Shown: positions 6,585 through 14,259, numbered from the stretch's first letter. The stretch is DNA of 64,000 nt from an uncultured Bacilli bacterium (GCA_934087065.1 CAKOIS010000001.1:46388-110387); one strand, 5' to 3'. Notes: generated by a model from the letters alone, not told the origin. A program made the numbers and translations.

Positions 6585-8804
6585 ATGAATGAAGAAGAAA
6601 AGAAAATAATAGAAGAAGAAGGTCTTTATTTCGTAGAGCCAGATAAGAAAGAAAAAAGAAAAAAAATACTAATAATTGTATTTGTATTTACTCTTTTTAT
6701 CGCGGCTACAGTAAGTACAACATACTCTGTAATAAACTTTATAAGTAATTACAAAATGAGACTAAATATAGACACAGATGGTGACGGCTTACCTGATTTA
6801 AACATAGACACAGACGGTGATGGCAAGTGTGACGTTAACTGCGACACAAATGGTGATGGAGTACCAGATATTGACATTGGTTACAAAAACATACAAAAAC
6901 CTTTCTTTAACATAGACACAGACGGTGATGGAAAACCAGACAAAAACTTAACAAATGTAAAAGACGAAAATGGAATGTGTATTAAAAACTGTGACACAAA
7001 TAACGATGGATATCCTGATACTAACATAGATTTTGACGATGACGGAATATGTGATTTAAACTGTGATACAGACAAAGATGGTAAATGTGATATTAACTGT
7101 GACATCAATAACGACGGCAAGTGTGATTTAAATTGTGACACTGATAAAGATGGAAAACCTGACACTAACATTGACGAAGACAAAGATGGAATTTGTGATA
7201 AAGCTTGTACAGGAAAAGAAAATGACTCATGCAAAATCAATTGTGATATAGACGGCGACGGCAAATGTGACAGAAACTGTGATACAAATAATGACGGCGT
7301 ATGTGATAAGAACTGCGATGTTAACGGCGATGGAGTATGTGACTATAACTGCGACACAGATAACGACGGCAAATGTAATAAAAATTGTGACACAAACGGC
7401 GATGGAATATGTGATAAATTCTGTGGGAACAAAGGAAGTGATGTTTGCCTTATTAACTGCGATACAGACAAAGATGGCATTTGCGACAAAAATTGCGATG
7501 TAAACGGAGACGGTAAATGCGACATAAATTGTGACACTAACAATGATGGAAAATGTGACAAAAACTGTGATACCGATAATGACGGCATTTGTGACAAGAA
7601 TTGCGATGGAAAAGAAAACGACTCATGTAAAATAAATTGTGACACAAATGGCGATGGAAAGTGTGATATCAACTGTGACACTGATGGTGACGGTAGATGC
7701 GATAAGAATTGTGACGTTAACGGCGACGGCAAATGTGACTATAACTGTACAGAGAATAATGATGTGTGCGTTAAAAATTGTGACACAAATAATGACGGAA
7801 AGTGTGACTTAAACTGCGATACAAATAATGATGGACAATGCGATAAGAACTGCGATACTGATAACGATGGAATTTGTGATAAATTCTGTGAAGGAAAAGA
7901 AAACGACTCATGTAAGCTAAACTGTGATACAAATGGTGATGGCAAATGCGACAGAAACTGCGACACAAATAACGATGGCAAATGCGATAAAAATTGTGAT
8001 GCCAACGGAGATGGAAAGTGTGATTACAATTGTGACTCAGACAGTGATAAATGTAAAAGAAATTGTGATACAGATGGAGACGGGAAATGTGAATTAAACT
8101 GTGATACCAACAATGATGGTGTATGCGACAAGAACTGTGACACTGATGGAGATGGTGTATGCGACAAAAATTGTGATGGAAAAGAAAACGACTCATGTAA
8201 ACTAAATTGTGACACTGATAACGATGGCAAATGCGATAGAAATTGTGATACAAATAACGATGGCGTATGTGACTATAACTGCGATACAAATGGTGACGGA
8301 AAGTGTGATAGGAACTGCGACATAGACAAAGACGGAGTATGTGACAAAAACTGTGACACTGATGGCGATGGCATTTGTGACAAAAACTGCGGAGCGCCTA
8401 TAGATATTGGAAAAGACGAAGAACACACAATAACATTTAAAGACTTAACAAATATGCAGAACATAAATATCTATCCAGGTTGGAGGAGTGCTAAATCTTT
8501 TGAAATAACAAACTCAAGTACAGTAGACTTAGTATACACAATAAAATTCACAAATGTAGAAAATACATTCACTACAAAAAACAACCTTAACTATGGTCTA
8601 ATAAGAGATGGAGAAGTACTAATAGATATAGACAAAGCAAAAGCACCTTACCAAGATGGAGATATGCTAAAAAGTGTAGTAATTAAACCTGGTGAAACAC
8701 ATACTTACCTATTTAAATTAATGTTTAAAGACACAAACGAAAACCAAGATACAGAACAAGGTAAGAAATTCACAACAAAAATTCAAATTGAAAACGTTCA
8801 TTAG
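6585..8804 (+). CDS. Membrane-anchored giant surface protein: acidic cytoplasmic head, one TM helix, about 44 Cys-rich DxDxDG (thrombospondin type-3-like) Ca-binding units, C-terminal TasA/camelysin-like module
   Basis: The start at 6585 (MNEEEKKIIEEEGLYF) matches the paralogue start MDEKEKRKIIEEEKLYF. TM helix ILIIVFVFTLFIAATVSTTYSVI. The 12-aa repeat is NCDTNNDGKCDK. The C-terminal motifs are YPGWRSAKSFEITN and NQDTEQGKKFTTKIQIE. Confidence 0.85.
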   Translation: MNEEEKKIIEEEGLYFVEPDKKEKRKKILIIVFVFTLFIAATVSTTYSVINFISNYKMRLNIDTDGDGLPDLNIDTDGDGKCDVNCDTNGDGVPDIDIGYKNIQKPFFNIDTDGDGKPDKNLTNVKDENGMCIKNCDTNNDGYPDTNIDFDDDGICDLNCDTDKDGKCDINCDINNDGKCDLNCDTDKDGKPDTNIDEDKDGICDKACTGKENDSCKINCDIDGDGKCDRNCDTNNDGVCDKNCDVNGDGVCDYNCDTDNDGKCNKNCDTNGDGICDKFCGNKGSDVCLINCDTDKDGICDKNCDVNGDGKCDINCDTNNDGKCDKNCDTDNDGICDKNCDGKENDSCKINCDTNGDGKCDINCDTDGDGRCDKNCDVNGDGKCDYNCTENNDVCVKNCDTNNDGKCDLNCDTNNDGQCDKNCDTDNDGICDKFCEGKENDSCKLNCDTNGDGKCDRNCDTNNDGKCDKNCDANGDGKCDYNCDSDSDKCKRNCDTDGDGKCELNCDTNNDGVCDKNCDTDGDGVCDKNCDGKENDSCKLNCDTDNDGKCDRNCDTNNDGVCDYNCDTNGDGKCDRNCDIDKDGVCDKNCDTDGDGICDKNCGAPIDIGKDEEHTITFKDLTNMQNINIYPGWRSAKSFEITNSSTVDLVYTIKFTNVENTFTTKNNLNYGLIRDGEVLIDIDKAKAPYQDGDMLKSVVIKPGETHTYLFKLMFKDTNENQDTEQGKKFTTKIQIENVH
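6765..8390 (+). repeat. In-frame 36-bp tandem repeat array (12-codon units) with a higher-order period of about 5-6 units
   Basis: The unit NCDT[ND][NG]DG[KIV]CD[KIRLY] repeats almost without interruption, punctuated by GKENDSCK[IL] variant units. Confidence 0.9.
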
Positions 8805-8863
8805 GACGTTTTTTTGTTTTAATAAAAATGTCAATACAAAAATAATGTTTGATTTACAGCGAC

Positions 8864-8892
8864 TTGACACACCATGCTTTTTGTGTTATAAT
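8864..8892 (+). promoter_or_regulatory. Perfect consensus sigma-A promoter for the 165-aa orphan gene
   Basis: TTGACA (8864..8869), 17-nt spacer ending in TGt, TATAAT (8887..8892). Confidence 0.65.
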
Positions 8893-8945
8893 CAAATTAT
8901 GAAAAAATTCAGCAGTATAATTTCGCTGAAAGAAAGGAGAAAATA

Positions 8946-9443
8946 ATGACAAAAATAGAACTATTTTCTATACCAATATATTTAATAAATGAAGAGCGTT
9001 ATTTAAAAACATTGACAGATAGAATGAATAATTATGTATGCAAATTTTCTGACGATAGAAAAGAAGAAGTAAAATCGGTTTGGAAAAAATACAATTACAT
9101 TAATAAGCCATGGAAATATAATCAAATAATAGGTTATGTTGAAATTGTATATAGAGATAATTCTATATACTTTGATATCTATAAAGTTTTTAAAAAGAGA
9201 GTAAGAGTAGCAAGTAATAGGAAAAGTTATATTTCGTATATGCCAACCAGTGGTTTTCACTTTAGCAACTTGAAAAATATGACAAACGAAGATATAAAGG
9301 TAGAAATAAACGAGTGGTTAAAAAATATTGAAAAGACATTTTGCAAAAATAAAGAAATATTAGATAAAAAGATGTTTGATGTTCAAATAGAGTACATCGA
9401 CTTAAAGTCATTAATAAATGACGCAAAAGAAAATGTACACTAA
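8946..9443 (+). CDS. Hypothetical cytoplasmic protein (165 aa, Lys/Tyr-rich), no family recognised
   Basis: AAGGAG RBS 7 nt upstream, its own consensus promoter and terminator, and no TM or signal sequence. It lies between the two giant paralogues. Confidence 0.6.
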   Translation: MTKIELFSIPIYLINEERYLKTLTDRMNNYVCKFSDDRKEEVKSVWKKYNYINKPWKYNQIIGYVEIVYRDNSIYFDIYKVFKKRVRVASNRKSYISYMPTSGFHFSNLKNMTNEDIKVEINEWLKNIEKTFCKNKEILDKKMFDVQIEYIDLKSLINDAKENVH

Positions 9444-9458
9444 GTGCATTTTCTTTTA
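9431..9458 (+). terminator. Weak rho-independent terminator
   Basis: ATGTAC - ACTAA - GTGCAT (one G-U pair), followed by TTTTCTTTTATT. Confidence 0.45.
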
Positions 9459-9520
9459 TTATATCTAGAGTTTTTTAAAAAAATATGGTAATATTATAAA
9501 TAGAATAAGAGGAGGATATT

Positions 9521-11191
9521 ATGGACGAAAAAGAAAAAAGAAAAATAATAGAAGAAGAAAAATTATATTTTGAACAAGAGGAACCTGTTAAGAAAAGAAA
9601 GTCAAAGACTGTTTTAATAGTTTTAGTGTTTATATTATTTATTGGTGTAACCTGTGTATCTTCATATATAGTTATGAATTATATACTACTTAAATCAAGA
9701 AATCTAAACGTTGACACTGATGGAGATGGATGGCCTGATTTAAATATAGACACAGATGGTGATAAAATTTGTAACGTAAACTGTGATAACAATAAAGATA
9801 ACAAGCCTGATTATAACATAAGCTATAAAAATATGATGGCTGCCTACTTTAATTTAGATACAGATAAAGATGGCAGACCTGATAAAAACATGATTAACCA
9901 AAAAGATGGAAATGGTATATGTATATTAAATTGTGATGTAGATAACGATAACAGACCAGACACTAATCTAGATTTTGATGGAGACGGGACAGCAGAACTA
10001 AATATAGACTTAAATAATGATGGTAAATGTGATATCAACTGTGATTATGTAGGAAACAAATATCCAACAATTAACCTAGATACAAACGAAGACAACAAGG
10101 CAGACCTAAACATAGATACAGACAATGACCAAAAACCAAACATAAACATTAATTATGGTACTAACTATAACGAAGCAATATTTAATATAGATACAGATGG
10201 CGATGGCATAGCAGATAAAAATCTTGTAAATCAAAAAGACAGTACAGGTAAATGTATATTAAACTGTGATACAAATAACGATGGATGGCCCGAAATCAAC
10301 ATAGATATAAATGGAGATGGCGTAGCAGACCTAAACATAGATACAACAGGAGACAACAAAGCAGACTTAAATATAGATTTAACTGGAAATAAAATATGTG
10401 ACTTAAACTGTGATACAAACAATGATGGTATAGCAGACACAAACATAGACACAGATAATGATGGAATAGCAAATATAAACATTGATATCAATAACGATGG
10501 CATAGCAGAAATAAATGTTGACACAACAGGAGACAAGAAAGCAGATACAAACCTATTAAATCAAACAGACAGTACAGGCAAATGCATATTAAACTGTGAC
10601 ACAAATAACGATGGAAGGCCAGATATGAATGTCGACTTAGATAACGATGGAATGCCAGACTTAAATATAAGTTTAAACAATAGTAATAGCATAAATGCGA
10701 ATGCAGACTCAGATAAAGATGGCGTAGCAGATAACTATCTAATAGATGCAAAAATATTAACTAAAGAAACAAAAGAAGAAAACATAGATTTAAATACAAC
10801 AAATGAATATAAATTCCCATATTTAGGAATGAATGACTTTGATAGCAGCATAGTAAAACCCGGTTGGACAAAAACAAAGAAATTTAACATAACAAATACA
10901 GGTGCTTCAACAATTACTTATTCAGTTTATTGGGAAGACATACTAAACGAATATCACTATGAAGTAAGACCATACTATACTTTATATAAAAATGGTACAG
11001 AAGTAGTAAGTGGAAAAGCAAATTATATTATAAACAACGGTGAAACACTTGTAGAAAACATAGAACTAAGTTCTAACCAAACTGATAAGTACGAATTAGT
11101 ATTTACATATGCACCAAATGTAGACCAAAAATTAATAGACAACAATGTAAACAGACTATATTATTCAGCATTAAAAATTGTTAAAAAATAG
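9521..11191 (+). CDS. Membrane-anchored surface protein, paralogue of 6585..8804 with Cys-poor DxDxDG repeats and a C-terminal TasA/camelysin-like module
   Basis: AGGAGG RBS. It shares the head (EEEKLYF), TM helix, first repeat block (NVDTDGDGWPDLNIDTDGD) and C-terminal motif KPGWTKTKKFNITN with the paralogue. Confidence 0.85.
   Translation: MDEKEKRKIIEEEKLYFEQEEPVKKRKSKTVLIVLVFILFIGVTCVSSYIVMNYILLKSRNLNVDTDGDGWPDLNIDTDGDKICNVNCDNNKDNKPDYNISYKNMMAAYFNLDTDKDGRPDKNMINQKDGNGICILNCDVDNDNRPDTNLDFDGDGTAELNIDLNNDGKCDINCDYVGNKYPTINLDTNEDNKADLNIDTDNDQKPNININYGTNYNEAIFNIDTDGDGIADKNLVNQKDSTGKCILNCDTNNDGWPEINIDINGDGVADLNIDTTGDNKADLNIDLTGNKICDLNCDTNNDGIADTNIDTDNDGIANINIDINNDGIAEINVDTTGDKKADTNLLNQTDSTGKCILNCDTNNDGRPDMNVDLDNDGMPDLNISLNNSNSINANADSDKDGVADNYLIDAKILTKETKEENIDLNTTNEYKFPYLGMNDFDSSIVKPGWTKTKKFNITNTGASTITYSVYWEDILNEYHYEVRPYYTLYKNGTEVVSGKANYIINNGETLVENIELSSNQTDKYELVFTYAPNVDQKLIDNNVNRLYYSALKIVKK
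9707..10740 (+). repeat. In-frame degenerate 36-bp repeat array (N[ILV]DxxxDGx[AP]Dx units interspersed with CxxxC-containing units)
   Basis: Examples are NIDTDGDGIADK, NIDINGDGVADL, NIDTDNDGIANI and NIDINNDGIAEI. A spacer unit of the form NQKD(G/S)xGxCILNCD occurs three times. Confidence 0.8.
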
Positions 11192-11196
11192 CAACA

Positions 11197-11225
11197 AAAT
11201 AGGAACATTAAATTCCTATTTTTTC
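11197..11225 (+). terminator. Rho-independent terminator
   Basis: AAATAGGAA - loop - TTCCTATTT, followed by a T run. Confidence 0.7.
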
Positions 11226-11263
11226 TTTTGTGTTAAAAAAATGAAAAAACTATCAAAAAAGGG

Positions 11264-11292
11264 TTGATTTTATCAAAAAAACTTGATACAAT
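11264..11292 (+). promoter_or_regulatory. Sigma-A promoter of the putative major TasA-like subunit gene
   Basis: TTGATT, 17 nt, TACAAT, then AAGGAGG (11303..11309) 9 nt before the ATG. Confidence 0.6.
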
Positions 11293-11318
11293 TTTTAATG
11301 TAAAGGAGGTAAAGAACT

Positions 11319-11879
11319 ATGGGAGAAAACAAAGGACAAACTATTTTCTTATCAGTAATTGGAATCGCAACTTTATTAGTAGCAATTATAGGTGCAACAT
11401 TTGCATACTTCACAACTACTATGGGAAATAAAAATGCCGTTACAGGTGGTGTTACTACTGCAACTATTTCAGCTGTAACATTAGCTGGAACTGAGTTTGA
11501 CGCAAAAAATGTAATGCCAGGTTGGACAAGTGATGAACAAACTTTCACTATTTCTGCTGCAACAATCACTGGTGACGCAACTGCTGATTATGTTTGTAAC
11601 ATTATTAAAACTGGTACAGGAGTATCAACTGATTTCCAATATGCAGTAACAACTGGTACAGCTGGTACTACATATGGTGAGTGGGCAGCTGTTCCAGCAA
11701 CTTCAACTGAAGTTGCTAAGGGAACACTTTCAGCATCAAGCAAAACTCACACTTACAAAGCTAAGTTCCAATTAGTTGAAACTAATGCAAACCAAAATGA
11801 ACAACAAGGTCAAAGCTATGGTGCTTCTATTACATGCGCATTAACTAAAGTTAATGGAAAAGCTGTAGAAGGTGAATAG
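11319..11879 (+). CDS. TasA/camelysin-family secreted protein with SipW-type signal peptide (putative major fibre subunit)
   Basis: The leader MGENKGQTIFLSVIGIATLLVAIIGATFAYFTTT matches the ..GGT[FL]AYF[ST]D class. It carries MPGWTSDEQTFTIS and NQNEQQGQSYGASITCA motifs, a Thr/Ala/Gly-rich mature part, and its own promoter and terminator. Confidence 0.8.
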   Translation: MGENKGQTIFLSVIGIATLLVAIIGATFAYFTTTMGNKNAVTGGVTTATISAVTLAGTEFDAKNVMPGWTSDEQTFTISAATITGDATADYVCNIIKTGTGVSTDFQYAVTTGTAGTTYGEWAAVPATSTEVAKGTLSASSKTHTYKAKFQLVETNANQNEQQGQSYGASITCALTKVNGKAVEGE

Positions 11880-11920
11880 TTTGAATTAACATAGTTAATT
11901 TACGATTATTAACAAAAATT

Positions 11921-11947
11921 AAGTTAGATTTACTTCTAACTTTTTTT
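11921..11947 (+). terminator. Rho-independent terminator
   Basis: AAGTTAG - loop - CTAACTT, followed by TTTTTT. Confidence 0.7.
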
Positions 11948-11960
11948 GTTGTTTATGTAC

Positions 11961-11989
11961 TTGAATTTTTCACATTTTTTTGGTATCAT
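11961..11989 (+). promoter_or_regulatory. Extended -10 promoter of the two-gene minor-subunit operon
   Basis: TTGAAT, 17 nt, TGgTATCAT. Confidence 0.55.
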
Positions 11990-12013
11990 ATTATATAGAA
12001 TACGGTGATAGAT

Positions 12014-12586
12014 ATGAAAGAGAAAGATATTAAAACATATATTTATTCAATAATAGTAGTTTTATCATTTATTTTGGTAGCTATAGGCGCATCTTTAGCA
12101 ATAGTTTATTATAAAGTAAATGGTAACAATGAAAACGGAAACGTTGATGTTAAAACAGCATATGTAACTGCGGCATTTCATGAAATACAAGGCTTTAACG
12201 ACGAAAATGTACTTCCTGGTTGGAGTAATGAAATGAAATTTGAAATAATTAACACATCAACAGAACAAAACGCTGTTGGTAGATATTCACTAGTTTGGGA
12301 TATCACAAAAAATGAAATAGACAGTAAAGATTTTATTTATACATTAACTGGAGAAAGCACATTAGATGGTCAAACAATTGAAGACAACACTCCAACAAAT
12401 AAATTAGTAACAGTAACTGGGCAACAAATAGTTCCTACTATAAGTTTTACTTTAGGTAGCGGAATAATTAACACAGGAGTTAAACATAGCTATGTGCTTA
12501 AGGTTTCATTCCTTGAAAGTGGAGAAAATCAAAATGAACTTCAAGGCAAAACTTTTAACTCAACAATAGTTGCACAAGGAAAGTAG
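12014..12586 (+). CDS. TasA/camelysin-like protein with an uncleaved-looking N-terminal TM anchor (putative minor/anchoring subunit)
   Basis: The ATG at 12014 is preferred; the ORF track starts at GTG 12005. TM helix IYSIIVVLSFILVAIGASLAIVYY without the AYF motif. It carries LPGWSNEMKFEIIN and NQNELQGKTFNSTIVAQ motifs. Confidence 0.7.
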   Translation: MKEKDIKTYIYSIIVVLSFILVAIGASLAIVYYKVNGNNENGNVDVKTAYVTAAFHEIQGFNDENVLPGWSNEMKFEIINTSTEQNAVGRYSLVWDITKNEIDSKDFIYTLTGESTLDGQTIEDNTPTNKLVTVTGQQIVPTISFTLGSGIINTGVKHSYVLKVSFLESGENQNELQGKTFNSTIVAQGK

Positions 12587-12594
12587 GTGTTAGA

Positions 12595-13188
12595 ATGAAG
12601 GAAAAAAATCAAGAAATATTATTATCAGTTGTAAGCATTCTAACAATTATAGTAGCTGTAATTGGTGTTACATTTTCATACTTTACTACTAAAATGACTG
12701 GTTCAGGAACAAGTGGAACAGTAACAACTGCAAAAGTTGGAAACATTACATTTGATGGAGGTAATGATTTAACAAATGCAAACGATATAGAGCCAGGCGA
12801 TACATTTGATAAGACATTCAGTATAAGTGTTCCAGCAACAGATGTATCAAACACTGTATATATAAGAATGGATTTCACAAACGAATTTCAAGACTTACAG
12901 TGGAGTATAAAAGGAACAGGTGCTAATACAAGTGTTATAACTGGTACAATACCAACAACATCTACAAAAACAACAGTAACACTTGTAACTAACAAAATAA
13001 CTAAAAACTCAGTAGCTCAAACATTTAATTATACATTAACAATAACACTACCTAATTTAGATAAAAATCAAGATTATGACCAAGGAAAAACATTCAGTGG
13101 TACATTATATGCAGACTTAGGCGATGGCGTTGATATGATATATTATAACAACACACATCCAAGTGGAACAACTACAAAACCACAGTAG
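12595..13188 (+). CDS. TasA/camelysin-family secreted protein with SipW-type signal peptide (second subunit)
   Basis: Leader MKEKNQEILLSVVSILTIIVAVIGVTFSYFTTK, plus EPGDTFDKTFSISV and NQDYDQGKTFSGTLYAD motifs. Confidence 0.8.
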   Translation: MKEKNQEILLSVVSILTIIVAVIGVTFSYFTTKMTGSGTSGTVTTAKVGNITFDGGNDLTNANDIEPGDTFDKTFSISVPATDVSNTVYIRMDFTNEFQDLQWSIKGTGANTSVITGTIPTTSTKTTVTLVTNKITKNSVAQTFNYTLTITLPNLDKNQDYDQGKTFSGTLYADLGDGVDMIYYNNTHPSGTTTKPQ

Positions 13189-13205
13189 CAGAAATGCTAC
13201 TTTTT
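13185..13205 (+). terminator. Rho-independent terminator
   Basis: GTAGCA-GAAA-TGCTAC followed by TTTTT. The stop codon lies in the stem. Confidence 0.7.
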
Positions 13206-13338
13206 ATATTGCCATTTATGTAGACATTTATATTGCCATTTATGTTGCCAAATATTCCATTATACATTACATATCATAATTATTTATTCTTTACTTTTTA
13301 CTTAAAATAAAGTAAAATACATTTAACAGGTGGTTAGT

Positions 13339-14244
13339 ATGAATAAAGAAGATTTTAAAAATACAGAAGATATGCTTAAAGATATTGAAGATGTATCATA
13401 TGAAAAAATTGGTTACCTAAAAGAACTAATAAGCCTAGAATATACTTCTCATAAAGATACTGACGAATATAATAAAGTTATATCTTTCTATATAGGTGCT
13501 ACTAAAAAAGAAAAAATATTATATGAAGAATTATCTAAAAATAAGAATTATCTATCTATTGCTGATAAAATTATAACAAATGAAGCAGGTAAACTTAATA
13601 ATAATATAATGTCTTATCAAAATGATTACAATTACATACTAATAAGAATGTTTAAAATTATAGATAAAACTTTAGATAATATGAATTCTAATAAAGTAGA
13701 CAAAGTAAATAATTTAATAACAGACTTACAAATGTATGAATTAGAGTTGTCTTCTTTATATTACTTAGACAAAATAATTAAAGAAGGAAAAACTAGCATA
13801 GGACTAGATAAACTTATTAGAAACAAATACATGCTTGCATTCACAAGTCCTTCTATCGAAAAGTTCATGATAGAAAGTAACTTTACCGCACCAAATATAT
13901 TAATCAAATTTACAGATTACTATATAGAAAAATTCAACTTACCAATTAGCATATACAAATCTAGACAAGAAGAAATATTTATAGACACATTAATAGACTA
14001 TATAATATATTTAGATAACATAAGTCTATTTGATATGTTAAACTTAGAAGTAAAAGCAGAAATTCATACAAGACTAACTTACATAAAAGGAATGTCTTTA
14101 GATATACCAAACGATGTAATAAATAGCATTATCTATCATCAAACATACAAAAATGACTTAATGAGAAGAATAATTAATTCTAATTTAATACAAGCTATGG
14201 AAGAAAAAGAAAAAACTTCAAAATTAATAAGAGTTCAAGAATAA
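13339..14244 (+). CDS. Hypothetical cytoplasmic protein (about 300 aa, predicted helical), no family recognised
   Basis: ATG at 13339 preceded by AGGTGG; the ORF track starts at GTG 13330. No TM or signal sequence. It lies immediately downstream of the TasA-like locus. Confidence 0.55.
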   Translation: MNKEDFKNTEDMLKDIEDVSYEKIGYLKELISLEYTSHKDTDEYNKVISFYIGATKKEKILYEELSKNKNYLSIADKIITNEAGKLNNNIMSYQNDYNYILIRMFKIIDKTLDNMNSNKVDKVNNLITDLQMYELELSSLYYLDKIIKEGKTSIGLDKLIRNKYMLAFTSPSIEKFMIESNFTAPNILIKFTDYYIEKFNLPISIYKSRQEEIFIDTLIDYIIYLDNISLFDMLNLEVKAEIHTRLTYIKGMSLDIPNDVINSIIYHQTYKNDLMRRIINSNLIQAMEEKEKTSKLIRVQE

Positions 14245-14259
14245 AACCTGAACTCTTTT
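14230..14259. terminator. Bidirectional terminator between convergent genes
   Basis: AGAGTTCA - 11 nt - TGAACTCT with A/T tracts on both sides. It overlaps both stop codons. Confidence 0.55.

Noticed and set aside
6765-8390. A regular 36-bp periodicity that could be mistaken for a CRISPR array.
   Set aside because: There are no unique spacers between the repeats. The units are contiguous, in frame and translate into a coherent DxDxDG protein repeat. No cas genes or leader are present.
6881-8464. Many long ORFs on the minus strand and in other + frames (6881..7264, 7267..7503, 7343..7732, 7739..8005, 7771..8289, 8024..8230, 8202..8426, 8273..8464). Similar ones lie at 9844..10751.
   Set aside because: They are by-products of the 36-bp in-frame repeat. 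Their translations are low-complexity echoes (SQF/LSH/PSL repeats) with no starts, RBSs or independent signals. The + frame starting at 6585 has the promoter, a TM anchor and a non-repetitive C-terminal domain.
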